Of a stretch of 64,000 nucleotides of DNA, positions 1 to 13,511 are shown in pieces. Position numbers and translations under genes: made by a program. The DNA comes from Diadema antillarum (lineage: Eukaryota). The stretch spans positions 744,001-808,000 of the forward strand of contig NW_027271213.1 in assembly GCF_040938485.1 (NCBI RefSeq), in the 5' to 3' direction. Every line of letters starts with the position of its first letter. Position 1 is the first letter of the stretch. Under the pieces are notes generated by a model that had not been told where the DNA came from, searched no databases, and saw nothing but the letters and a program-made list of their open reading frames with translations.

Positions 1-1843
1 ATGAGAATCAGAAGGGGGTCTTTTGATGAGCTCTCGTGTTTGACGACTTGTCATGGCTTTGAAACGTGGCGTTGATTTACACCCAAGGCCAAACAACACC
101 AATGCGGCTAGCTTTCACTGAAAGTCAGTATACACAGAGAATGGCGTGCGACAAAAGCGCGCCAACACTTACAGGGAATAAAAGCCTTGTTACCCGTTAT
201 TCAAGGCGCCACAGACGACAATTCGAGATCAGCCTTCTCCAAATTAATCCTTTTATTTTCTCACAGAAACACCAGTCGCCAAGCCCTTACACGCACGAAG
301 TGTGTTTTCTGTGAGCGAGAACACATAATCAAGACTGACAACAGTTCTGTAGTGAAAAGGCCAACACAATGTCGTAATGATTAGTGAATGGACGTTTTGA
401 CAAACAGGTAACTTTCGGGGTGGTCTACCACGCAGTGAAGTAGGGCTGATGTAGACGCGTAGTCTCGGCTGGAGAGGCGGGTAAGACAGTGTAAGTTGGG
501 CATGTCGGAGCCCAGAAGTGTAGGCCTGAGTGCCGCTGACGAATCGATGGGGTATACGAGGAGGCGCCAAAAACAAGACACTTACACCGCGCTGGCATCA
601 ATACCAAAACTCATTACGTCGAAACTGTAATTTCTTTCGCGGGAAAACAGAATGATTACCACCACGCCTGTGTACTCAAGCCTGCCTGCAAACAAAATGT
701 CTCTCTTCAGCGTCTCTTCGAACAAAACTTTACACTTTCATTTTTTCTCTTTGCTTTCTGCTAATAGGTTCTACTTAAAGGTACTTGCGATGTACTGATT
801 TAACGATATATCTTGCCTCTACGAATTTTGCTGTGACGTCTAAAATGACTCTGTCTTTCAAGGAACAGTTCAACGACTATGGCTTTTAAGGAGCATTGTA
901 AGAAGACATTTTTCAGGAGGAGAAAAAAAAATGTACGAGTTCAAATTAAAGAGTACACGCCATTCTAATCTCCACGATTTTGTAGCCATTCTTAAAAAAA
1001 AAACAACCAAATAATATAGTGACATTGAACGTCATTGTTAAAGCTCCGATATTCAAGTAGAAATTGCATCTCGTCTGACAGACCGTGGCTTGGTTTTGCA
1101 TGACTTTTACTTCAAAGATACATTTCCTCGTTCTTGCACCATCATATATCACAGGTTTTAAAATGCTTTCAATATCTAGTCAACTGGGTCAACAAAACAG
1201 AACAAAGAATTAAGAAAACTACATACGTGTCTTGATGGTTCTTCTATTTAACCATTTGGCCAACAAAATTATCATTATGTACACAATATGATCATATATA
1301 ATACATTATACAGATATTTATGATATCATTATACCCTTATACATAAAATCTATGAATGAAATATCTAAACTGGGCCGTACATAACTCGTATCAACACGAT
1401 GTTAGAGTCTAAATATGAGTGAAAGTCTGATTGAGTACTTTGATATTAGTAACGTTTAAAATGTCAAACGAAAGAAAATGGCCTGTAATAATGTGCAAAC
1501 ACATAACAGAGAAATGGATCTTGAATTGTTGTACTGAGGGTCAGTTAACAGCCGGTTGAGGAGAGTTGAATCAATAATATTCTCTTCAATACGATCGTTG
1601 AATCGTAAATGGCAATATAATTTCTCCTTCTATATGCAAGCCCTTTTCTTCGTGTCTGCCTGAGTGCGCACATACAGCACTTGAAAGACTACATTCATTC
1701 CGTACCATCATGCAACTATTTACATTTTTGTGTGTCCCTGCCCTATAATCTGAAAAAAATCACCAGACATATAACATAACATAAAAACTGGAATTAAGAC
1801 TTTTATTTCCGATTTTTTTCCTCCAACTCCAAACATCTTCCAG

Positions 1844-4800
1844 GCACCTGTGAGTTCGGAGGGCGCATGTACAGTCTCGGGGACAGCTGGCACCCATTCC
1901 TCCTGCCCACCGGTCTCGACCGATGCACCACGTGCACCTGCGTCGACCACGACCACGTTACCTGCTTGCGAGACGAGTGTCCGGAGCTCGCGTGTACCGC
2001 GAAGAGGAGACTGCCCGGACACTGCTGTCCAGTTTGTGCTGGTAGGTTTTCAGGGGGAGGCAGAAGGGGGAGGGATGCTCAATCGAAAGGGAGTAATCAT
2101 TCTTGGAAGACATGCTTTCCTGGAACGAATTACGAGTTTTGAACTGATCATCAGCTTCTGTAAAAGTTTATGTACAAGCTGTCGTGTTGTTGATTTTATT
2201 CATTTATTATCATTTTCCTCGACATGACCGTCAGAGGTACCTTTATCTTTCCTTTCCTTTTGAAAAATGCATGTGATTCCTCCTGACGACCAAGCCTAAT
2301 CATTGCAATACCGTATGAACGCCACATTTCATGAGTTCCGGGAAGCAATTACATCAGAGTAGTAAAAACGAGATCACACACATCCTCACACCTCTTCCAA
2401 AATGTATTATTATGGATGTTGAGATATTACATGCCCTGTAACGCGGAAAAGTTACTTACTCAAAACGGTACGTGATCATTGTTCCTTTTTGTGCGCCAGC
2501 AATAACTGAATAAGAAAAAAAAAAGACACCACAATAAAAAAGACGATATTAGCTAAGCAACGTCGCGGTCACGTGACAAAAATATTGCATGGTGCCAATG
2601 AGACGCTATGTTGCATGACGACTGCATGTACTGACACTCAGATTATCATGACCATTGTGTCGTTAGAATGCTTTGCAAGAACGGTAAAATTCCTTTTTGT
2701 CGTCCTTTGTTTTTATTCCTTCACTCATTTCTCCTCAACGATCTACCCCCAAGATCAACTACACATCAGACACTTTTCATGTTCTTATCAATCATTATTG
2801 CGAGATATTTTGAATCCCATCAGTCCTATGAGCCAATAAATAATGAAGAAATTAGATAATGATCAGATAAACTTTCGTCACACATTATTTCATATAGGAA
2901 ATATTTAGATCACATTCCATCCCCATTGGAAATGATTTCTGCATCTGTCTTAAATCATTTCCAAATGTACAACGCAGACGATAATCTTTACCAGACGTTT
3001 TGTGATAGTGTGAAGACGTTTTGCACTGTTCCTTCTTTTCTCATATCATATGAGGCACTAAGAATGTTATGACTAACATGTCACGCTGTGGTCTGGTCTC
3101 CTATTCCATCGTTTTGATTTGGCTTGCTTTGTTTCGCTTTGTGATGTCAGGGGCATAAGAATCAACAACATTCATTTCCCTATATTGATGTCATGGTTCG
3201 TACTGAAAATTTGTCTTGAAAGAGGATGCCACTTTCACCGATGCTCCGTTGGTGGCGCCCCAGGACGGCATGTCTATCCCAGACTGCGAGTACAAGGGCA
3301 AGCGACTGCAGCACGGCGATTTATTCAGCGTGGATGACATCTTTACGTCCAGGAGGCTGGACCAATGCGTCCAGTGTGGCTGCACGGTGAGTAGGCCACG
3401 CCCACTGGTAGTAACCCTCTTTTTCAAATCATTATTTCCACGCCCATGTTCACTGAGTTTCCTCCTGATTTATGTATTACAAATTGTGTGAAAAATACGT
3501 TCAGTTTGAAAAAAAAAGAGTTATCGAAGAGGGAATAAAAAGAAACATATTGATAGAACTACTCCTTATTTCAGTTTAACATCAATTAATCGAGTAAATT
3601 GTAGCCTGACATGGTTTCTGACAACTATGATGTAAGAACTAGGTATCTATTCCGAGAATATACTCTCTAAAAAAAAATCGAGTGAAAATATTCACTTTTA
3701 AAGGAGTGAATACAAAAAAGAGTGAATTTAGAGTGAAATTGGAGTGAATTTTGAGTGAAAATGTTCATTTTCACTCATTTTGGAGTGACCTCAGGGATCA
3801 TTCGAAGATTTTGGAGTGATCCCTGAGGTCACTCCAAAACGAGTGAAAATGAACAATTTCACTCAAAATTCACTCGAAATTCACTCTTTTTTTGTATTCA
3901 CTCCTTTAAGAGTGGATATTTTCACTCGATTTTTTTTTTAGAGAGTAACGATGAATTGAAAATTCTAGCCTGCCATCTTTAAGTTGATCAAAGAACAGTT
4001 GAAACATCAGAAATTTGAAGGAACTGCGGTGGTAGACTTTTGCTTGTAATGCTTGACGCATTAGGAGATTGAGCTACAACTTGATAGATGGCACGATAAT
4101 ACCAGGAACTTTAGTCAGACAAATAATTTTGTAGAATTTGGAGCAATTTGCAAAAGAGACCAATTTTCGCGGAAGCCTATTGAAACCGCGGTAACACGGG
4201 GCTGTAACGAGAGGCGTCGTTCAACTTTCACTCGTCACTTACAATGTCACTAAGCACAACTTTCACTGGAAAGTTGGTGATCTTTAAACCGAAATCACTT
4301 CAATAAGTATTATTATGTGTTAACCCAAGCATGCTATTCAGCAGAATCTAATGATGGTGGTCCATGATGTTGTGTAGCAGCTTGCCTCGTTATAAATACT
4401 AAGAAATAGGCACGGGTTGCTTTGTATCGGAATAGCGCAGAAGCTGATTTCACAATAGTAGTGATACTTGACTTTGGGTGAGGATTGTTCTAGTATTTAT
4501 AATCATGAAAAGGGCGTTACATCTGCAACGACTTATCCTAGGCCTATCATATTTTCCAGACTAAAGGACGTACAATATGTATGTAATAATATATTAATGA
4601 AATAAAATACCTTCTCTTTTTCGTTATCTATTTTAGCTGGGAAGAATTTACTGCGCCTTAAAAACCTGCCTACCGTTGACTTGTCCGGAAAACGAACAGG
4701 TCATGTTTCCCGATTCATGCTGTCCAGTCTGTTTATATGCAGGTAACATCACATCACGCATTTTCTCCGCCCTGATTCACAGTGTCTGTTTGTGTGTGTC

Positions 4801-7800
4801 ATTCCATTCCACTCTCACATTGAAAGTGTATTATGTAATTTAAGCATGAAATCTCAAAGCGTCTTTTCCTTTTTCTTCTTCTTCTTCTTCTTCGTTTTCT
4901 TTTGTTTGTAACAGCCGTTTAAAATTTCAAAGCTAAGCTGGCAGTGACCTGTATTCATTTTTCATTTAACGATACTATATACCTATATTGTTTGAACGAT
5001 ACATCTTTATAATGTAATGTAATATTATACAATATAATATAATGTAATATAATATGATATAATATAATATGATATAATACAACATAATATAATATGATAT
5101 AATATAATATGATATAATATGATTTTATATAATATGTATATATTTATTGTTTATGTTTCATATTTATATTTGATTGTTGACGGCCTTCATCAGTAAGCCA
5201 TTTAGATTACATGAAAGTACATTCAAGTGACCAAGGGCACTGTAGTATCGTGTGTGTAGGATTTTGTATCAAACAGCTTTCCTAGTTCGCGGAGAGCGTG
5301 TTTTTTGTTTCCGAGTTTGTTTTTTGTTTTTTGTTTTTTGTTTTACTCCCATCATCTGCCCTAATAGACGTATATGGCGAAACTTTCCATTAGCCCGTTG
5401 TAGTGTTTCAGTAATCGGCAACTTTTCGCGTTGTAAATATCATCTGATATAATTTTCTGGGTCAGATGTCGTGGAAGACGAAGAAAGCGACGATGAGGGT
5501 GGCGAAGATGCTCCGGCTTCGAACGGCCTCGACCTCCAAATCAACCCCAATGACCTCCTCGAGATCAATGACCTCCCCGTCGTCAACAACTTCCCTTCTG
5601 TGCCCGTCGAGGGTGTCGACGTCACAAGTGGCAACGTCGAAGAACCGACGAGTTATTTGGGTCAGTTTGATTTGATTTGATTTGATTTCTGCATTCCTTT
5701 TTCGTACAAGAATCTGACAGAAAGCCAATTGAACAAAGTTCCTGAGTAATATTTGAACAGTGAATTACATGGACATTGGTTGATGGTTGACAATAGTATT
5801 TCAAGCGAGTTTCTTTACGCATTAAATGGAAATAAGATTTCACGTACCAGCTGTTCAGAAGACAAATTAAACAAATCTAGGAGTAGCAGGAATGCAGGAG
5901 ACCATTATCGTAAGCTCATGCTTGACGAGGATAATGGCCTCACATAAACACGTAATAATAATACAATCAAAGATAATCCGGTCACCACTCATTGAGCAGA
6001 TTCTGAATGGTTAAACAGTACAGCATGAGGCAAAATGTTCACTCCCGTACCTAAGAAAATACTAATTAATGACTCAAACCAAAACAATGAGATCTAGACA
6101 CGAGATTACTCCATAACTCCATTCCTCACTTTTATCTTATTTGCCACAAATGCTGGGAAGAAATCCCATTTTCATTTGTACCTAAATGATTTGCATTCTT
6201 CATTTCATACTTGTTAATACATGACAGTCGATTTCTGCCAAAATGTTTCAACGTGGGACTTGAAATTTGTTCCTCAACTCGACTTATGTCTGATTCTAGA
6301 CACAAGAGGGTATATAAGTGGTCCGTATATTTCCTCTTCCTATCGACAAACTACAAAAAAAAAAACCCAGAGGGTAAGATATGATATTCTCGACAAACGT
6401 GATCTGCTATGAAGAATGTAGCTAACTAGAATAGCTGTAGAAAGAAAGAAATTTTAGAGGTCGCATTATTTACAGCAGGCAACACGCGTTATTTTTTCAT
6501 GCTTGTCATGATTGTGACAAAAATAAAAAAGAATTCCATGGAATAGCGAGTAAAGTTATACAAAGATTTTCTGTACTTTTGCAATCTTCCCGAGTGTGTG
6601 AAATTTCTATAACCTCAAAACCCTCCACCTAGAAATATAAGACTATGAAAATCAAGAACAAGTTCATTTTCATAAACGGCGGCTTGAGGAGGATTCCCAC
6701 AGCTAATATTAAAATTATATTAGTTGAAGTAGTCAGGGAGGCAGTTTCCATGGCAACACCAGAAAACCGCCCTTCCTCATATCACTAATTTCTTACAGGT
6801 ACTTCATGATCCAAAAATTCCAGCGAACTGTGATCAAACTATTCATCCTTCTATCTGACCGGCATAGAACTAAAGTCATCTTCTTTAAGGAACCTCTTGC
6901 AAATTTATCATACGGCAACAATAACAAGGTCATGGATACAAAAACATCGAGTAAAATTCATAAAATCTGTTCTCTGTAAGCACTGCTTTACTTCATTGGT
7001 TATGTTGCACCCTGTCAAAATTTGAAGAACAGTTTCGGAAAATGTTTTCATTGCTTTATGGGCAAGACGTGAGACAGACGATCTCAGTTTAAAACACAAC
7101 CGCGAAAGCTCCGTCCCCCCCCCCCCCCCCCAAAAAAAAAGAAAGTATAATGAAAATAAATGCCAGTGCACCATGTTTTTGATCTCTTCTGCTTCTACAA
7201 AGATTATGGACGTTGCCAAAATGAGGCAGCGGTCTGGGATACCCTCTAACATAAATACACACAGTCTGGAAGTGGTTAATTCCAAATCCTCGTCTGTTGG
7301 TTGCCATGGTAACGGCTTCCTCTTCGGACCAGGAGGTTTTCATATAACAGGGTGAATGTGACTCTAGAAGCCATTCCCTTCACCTCAAGATTTGCCCGCG
7401 CAGATCTATCCCAACAGTGCAGGATGAACGACTGCAATTTTGTCCATGTATATTTTGCCTCGGTGGTCCAATGGAGGGAAATCCGATGATCACTCTCTGA
7501 TCCCGTTCCCACGCCCGGGAAAATTGATGCCAGTCATGCGCGTCCGGAACATTCAAAAGTTGACTGAAAGACGTGAGCTCACTACTGCTTAGCATGATGT
7601 CCGGCACATTTTCTATTCCCGACTTTTTGTCCGTCGGAAGTGTAAAAAATGCTATAGAATACAAAATAAATAGCGACAATAACAAGAAAAAAAGTACGGC
7701 TAACCCAAGATAGGCTTTTGTGGAAATGCTCGAAATAATTCTGAATAGATTCGGCATGGATTTGAAATCACTGTCAACGAATAAGCGCTTGAAGATGCGT

Positions 7801-9068
7801 GTGGACACTATCATTGCTATAGAGTCATAGAAGAGCGTAATAATTCCTTAAATTCTATTATTTACACTGATAAAAGACGATTTTGGCCACAAACTCGCTG
7901 TAAAAGACGTGAAAATAGAGTGACAATCGGATTCATCTGAGAGAAGAATTTACAAAATTATGCACTGGTGAAAATGCGGCTGCAATACGAAAGAGCTATT
8001 TATACATGAATCTTGAAACTATCCAGGAGTTTCTCTTCAAGATATCTTAAAAATTCCGAACACACCCAGTGAAAATAATTAGGAAGTAGTGATACCACAT
8101 CATATCAACAAATCAGCCTGGTATTCCAACTGCTGGACATCAGAGCTTGCGCAATGACAAATATGTATTTTTCATCGAATTCACGCCACATCATTGATAA
8201 CGTAATCTAAAGTTTCGAAGTTTTTTTTTCATTCTTGCTCTCTTAAGTAGTATAGTCGGACAAAAGAGCTCGCAGTTTTTGTCTTTTTTTACGAGAGTGC
8301 TGCGAGGTTAAAGGGCTGTATACCGAAATAGTTTCAATAATGCAAAGTCATTACTATAATGTAGTCCGAAGTTGCTGTTCAGAACACCAGATATCACACG
8401 AACAGCTATACATCAGTCACGACACCAACAAAAGTAAAAGTAATAATAGTAAAAACAGAAACAAAATTTGTAATAACAAAGGCATTCCCATTAGCGAAGA
8501 TAACTACAATCACATAAACAATATTTTGTAACTTTTCGTGAAAATGTTTGTAAGATTTCAGAATGTGAATTTAATCGATATGAAATGTTATTATATATAT
8601 TTTGCAGCCTGCGAATCGAACGGACATACGTATTACCACGGCCAGACGTGGCACCCTGTGTTAAACCCGTTCGGTCGGATGGACTGCATTCTGTGCCAGT
8701 GCGAGGTTAGTAGCAGGATCATGGTTACGTGATTGTCTCGTGGAGGAGAAATTATATTTTGGCTATTAAAGGAAACCAACGTCCAAATATGAATGTCGAT
8801 TGAGTGAAAGCAACAATATTAATTCAACACATCAGTGAAAGTTTGAGGAAAATTTGACAACCCGTTCTAAAGTTATGATTATTTTTTAAAGTTCGGATGC
8901 CGCCATTGCTTGATGAGAAAGCTGCAAAAAGAAAATTTCAGGTGGAAACGGCTCAAACAGAGTATTTTATTCAAACGAGATATCAATCAGAGTATAATCA
9001 TTATTGTTGGTATAATTGTTGTTGTTGTTGTTATTATTATTATTATTATCATTATTATTTTTATCATT

Positions 9069-9100
<32 letters not shown>

Positions 9101-11594
9101 CCACAGCATTTGTAAAGGGAAGACAAGGTATCCTTGGACCCGACCATACTACTCGTGTATACCCGAGTTGCCATGGTTACTGCGCGTAAGGGGAAGTGGA
9201 ACCAAGAGTCATCTTTTTTCTCTCTCTGTGTATTTCCTTTTTCTGTGTGTAGAATGGCGAGACGAGTTGTAGCCGGCTCACATGTCAAGCGGACAGCGAA
9301 CTACCGTGCCGAAATCCCCAGTATATACCCGGTCAATGCTGCAAAGTGTGCACAGGTATGCATCCAAGATAACAACGGGAAAGGTTTCTGATAATCCATG
9401 CATTAAAAATGAATGTGAAAACTAACTGGAAATGAGAAGGGAATTAAAACGGACGGATATAATGGAGTTAGAAAAGAAATATAATCTGTTGGTGGAAAAC
9501 GGAATTGATATTACGCATATTCTGGGTTTAAACAACGATTTGATTCTAGTGGTATGAATGCCATTTCTGTTTTGAGTTTGGGCTTTAAGTGTCCAGATGT
9601 TCAATGGGTTTGTTCGTTTGGGGACAACTTGATATTTTCTGCGGGTTTTACTATCACTCGGCTGGGCGTAGATACGCTAGAAATATTCTCATGTACTTTC
9701 ATGTTTGCACAGAACGGCACTGGAATTTATGTATAGTTTTCCGACTGATTGATCTTCAAGCAGTAAGATCATGAACTTTATATGAATCATTACATACATG
9801 AGTCTGTGTGTGATAATTGTATAATCTGTATATGATTCGTAGATTCATCGGATGCGCCCTCAACGCTCGTGCCGCCGCTATGTCTCCGGGGAAGAGAGAC
9901 CACACTCCTCTATAGGTACCAGCCGGAGCTGGTAGAGGGATCGGGCGGTGTCCAAACCTTTATGTACGCCCTGGAAAACCTACCGATGAGCGTTGTACAA
10001 ATTAGAAAATGGGATTTCATTAATGGTAAGTTTAATTGAACGTTTTAAGTGGAAAACTGTAATAGTGCCCCTCCGCCTCCTAAAAGAAAAAATAAATGAA
10101 TAAATGACTACTTGGTAGGAAGGAATTGGGCTTCAGTATTTGAAGTATAGATTGATATTTCCTATTGTTATCTTTCGTTGACTAGAAAGATTTGTACTAT
10201 GATGCTTCTAGTATCTGTACCCTAAACAAACATTACTGTTATGAATCGATGTCGGTTGCGCTTTTTATGAAGTGAAGTAAGCCCACATAATATTTTGATT
10301 TAGATATCATGCAATGTAACTATGATTAGTCCACAGATTTTGCTTGTTCATCTTACTAATCATAATCTAACAGTTTACAGATGTACGATGAATATTTCAA
10401 CTTCGCAAGTAAATGAATGATCATGATAGTCCAAAGAGGTCACGATTATTGGAATAGAACTCAGACTACTTGGACTGCTGACTTCACCTGAGAAATGTCA
10501 TTATGAATAGATATGGTTTGGACTCCTGCACGGATTATTGCAGTAAAGAAGAAAAAAAAAAAAAACGAAGAAAAGACGTCACAAGGATTAGGGCAAGAAA
10601 GAATGAATTGAAAAAAGTTATGTCTAATCAAGTGTGAGAAAAATGTGTGGACTGATCATACATGTATTTATCATTCCTATGGCTTTCTTTAACCTACAGG
10701 TGAATTTCAAAACTTTATGGTGGAAGAACTTTCTTCAGACCGATTCCAGAGGGCGCTCGGCCAGAATCGGGAAGGCCGATTTCATCTTATGGGCGCCACG
10801 ACAATGCGTAAGTCTTATGTGTGGTTGTTTCAACTTATTTGTGCTTCCAAACAAGCATAAGGAAGTACACTCGTAACGTTCTCCATGCAGCAAAGTGTTC
10901 AACAGTATATGAGAATTTTCGAAGAGAGTAATTTCGCTTCAAAGACTGCATGGGAGAAAGACAAACACGTTAGTAAAAGTCTGAGCAAAGAGTGGTGATT
11001 CTTTAAAGTTGTTGAGAATTTCATTTTATTTCATTTCATTTTATTTTATTCTATTTCATTTCATTTCGTTTATTTCATTTCCAACAAAGCAAAACATTTT
11101 CATACACAAAATAACACAACATCAAGACATGTATACAATATCAATACATGTGCTTTCAATTCCATGTGCCCTCTTCTCAGGAATGTGAACAATTAATCAA
11201 TATCAAGATCAGTATCAAGAAAATGTCTCAGACTATGAAACTCTATGAAAGTCTCGTTATGGTAAATGAATAGTGCAAATCTATTACAGTCTCTTCTACT
11301 TGCGGGTACCATATTCTTCACAGTCCATCTCGTAAGTTTGTTTGTTTGTTTGTTTCGTCTGTATTCAGCCACGTTGTATATCTTTTTTTTTCCCACATCA
11401 AAATCACAGGGAGAGTTCACAAGCTGGAAGGCAAAGAAGCAAAGCTACAGAGGCGGTGTTCCCCGCGATGCCTACGAAAGGTCGTAAAGCTGCCGCGCAC
11501 GCTCGACGTGCGGCCGCTCGAGAGATCACATGACTGTGACGTCAGAACAAGATGGCAGACGAGACCGAAGAGGGAAACAAGGACTGTCGTTTGA
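1844..11594 (+). CDS. CHRDL1: Chordin-like protein (CHRDL1/2 family, 3 VWC domains + C-terminal domain), 5'-partial. Exons 1844-2041, 3223-3386, 4637-4742, 5466-5660, 8608-8705, 9253-9355, 9843-10025, 10700-10807, 11410-11594
   Basis: All nine exons have AG/GT boundaries, and phases chain 1-1-0-1-1-0-1-1-1 into one frame (1340 nt, stop TGA ending 11594). VWC1 [37 protein letters not shown]; VWC2 CEYKG..CVQCGCT|LGRIYC..SCCPVC; VWC3 [23 protein letters not shown]|NGETSC..GQCCKVC. The C-terminus ([34 protein letters not shown]) resembles the vertebrate CHRDL1/2 tail as I recall it. The signal-peptide exon was not identified. The symbol is a family-level call. Confidence 0.88.
3663..3945. mobile_element. 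Palindromic MITE flanked by TA (EnSpm/CACTA-like non-autonomous, CTCTC termini)
   Basis: ta|ctctctaaaaaaaaatcgagtgaaaatattcact ... agtggatattttcactcgattttttttttagagag|ta. The whole element is a near-palindrome with a central ggagtgacctcagggatca/tgatccctgaggtcactcc hairpin. Confidence 0.8.
7089..7814 (-). pseudogene. Candidate nested antisense type II membrane protein ORF with one in-frame TGA (7380-7382); product unknown
   Basis: Track ORFs 7380..7814 and 7089..7343 are in the same frame, separated only by a TGA and 12 sense codons. The N-terminus has a short tail, a ~25-residue hydrophobic segment ([26 protein letters not shown]) and a polar stem. No family motif was recognised. Confidence 0.3.
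8770..8935 (+). mobile_element. Truncated Kolobok-like DNA transposon end
   Basis: Starts ttaa|agga; shares gattgagtgaa and cagtgaaagtttgaggaa motifs with the element at 11814-12360. No second terminus seen. Confidence 0.4.
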
Positions 11595-11813
11595 TCTTTT
11601 TAAATAATTCATTTCCATATATTTCTTCCTCTTTTTTGTTTTGCAAATAAAGCGAAAGCCTTTTGTAAATTCTATACATAGATCTATCAAATTATTTTGA
11701 TATTGAAGAATGATATGAGACACCTTATAATTTTAGTTGGTGTTTGTTGAGAGTGTTTTCGGCTCCATTGAAGTGATCATAAAACTGTAGGTGATGTGCC
11801 TGAAAAGGCTTAA

Positions 11814-12360
11814 ACGAGAATGAAACCAAAATATTTATGCAGATTGAGTGAATGCGTAAATATTTGATAGCAGATTACTTCAGTGAAGTTTGAGGAAGAT
11901 TGGACAATCTGTTCAGAGGTTATGAATTTGCAAAGTTTCAAGACCGCGCCGTCACTGGATCTAAAACTGCAGCAGTTTCTTATGCCACATTTGGACGATA
12001 TCAGGAAAAGCTAATTTAACTTTTTTTTTTTCCATTTTCTAGCATAGTGAGAGAGCACTTGACTAACCTCTTTCCGAAGGGATGGGGAATTATTGAACCC
12101 TCTAGGTTTGTCAGTAAAAAGTGTAAGAAATGTGTACCTTTTACAAAAGACGAACATTGGTAAAATTTTCTTCATATATTTTTGATATCATTGTCCGACT
12201 GTAACATCACGAATTATTTTAGCCTATAATCCGGCGGCAACGGTACCGAACTTCAAAGACTCCTATATTTGTGAACGGATTGTCCCAATTTTCTTCAAAC
12301 ACTGATGTGTTCATAATGTTTTTGCATTCACTCAATCCACAATGTGTTTTATTCTCCTGT
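11814..12360. mobile_element. Kolobok-like non-autonomous DNA transposon, degenerate
   Basis: The left end ttaa|acgagaatgaaacc..gattgagtgaatgcgtaaatatt is the imperfect inverted match of the right end aatgtttttgcattcactcaatcc..ttttattctcctgt. Confidence 0.5.
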
Positions 12361-13511
12361 ATAAAGTGAAAAATGTTAAAAATCTAAATCGTAGAGTACT
12401 ATGAAATAAACATATATACATGTATTACCATGATATATATGGTATATGACTACACTTTTATCTGAAGACAAGTTTTCTTGTCTGTTCATGCCTTGGTTGA
12501 TATATTTGACTTGATGTCTCGGAGAGGACATTGTTGCATACAAAGATATGTGCTCTGGTAACATCCACATAGACACTATTGTCAGTCGGGATGATCGTCA
12601 CGCTTGCAAATTAACAATACCTTAAAATTAAGAGTAGTTTTGTTAATAAGGAAGTTGAAGATGAGGCGGCAAAAATTAGTGCCAAATTAGCGCCAAATCC
12701 TGCAACTCAAAGTAACACTGTCTTCATCTTTTTTTTGTTTAAATGCCATAGATCATTGTTGCATCAAATTCCAAAAAGTTAAAACAGAAACAACTGTAAT
12801 GGAGCTTGCGTGGAATCGGGGGGGGGGGGGAGGGAGTAGAAATGTATGTGCTGAATCTGTTGTTTTCAGTTCTGACTAAAAGCTGTCCCACTTTTGTATA
12901 GAACTTTTGGTTAAAGAAAGCACCAAATAATGGGTTCGGATGGAGAAGGTGTACCATGTCATAATTGCTATGCATTATGACCATTTCTTCGAATTGATGA
13001 TATATTTTACATTTCGTTATTTTTGTAGAATTTGCATTTTGTGATGCAAAATCGCAGAGAATGCTGAACACAGTTGATTCATTCAAAGAATCTGATCAGC
13101 ATGCGAGTTTATTTATTTGCCATCCGGCTTTATTACACATGTATTGGGAATACATATACTTAGTATGCCATGGAGGTCCCTGTATTGTATAATTTTGATC
13201 ATGCCAAAGATATTGTGTATAGTGTTATGCATGTGTATACGTGATTTTGATATTTTGTGTAGTGTTTTTTTCCAATCAATGGGTAAAGGAGAATTGTTTG
13301 AATTGAAGTTATATAAAGGCTGCGTAGCAAAAGAGTAAACCATGAGTCGGAAGAAAGGCTATTTGAGGGGCCGAAATATTTCCTTATGGAAATGTCGGGG
13401 ACAATATTAAAAGGTCGCTCGGTAATCTACAACTCATCGATGCTGCTACAATTGGGTGGTGTACTAACTTCGTAAATATTGACTTCCATTTTATTATTGT
13501 TAATATTATTA

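Noticed and set aside
1-1843. Candidate first (signal-peptide) exon of the chordin-like gene: donors at 407, 480 and 780; hydrophobic stretch near 720-770
   Set aside because: Each candidate has an in-frame stop or the wrong phase for the phase-1 acceptor at 1844. The 5' end is left unassigned.
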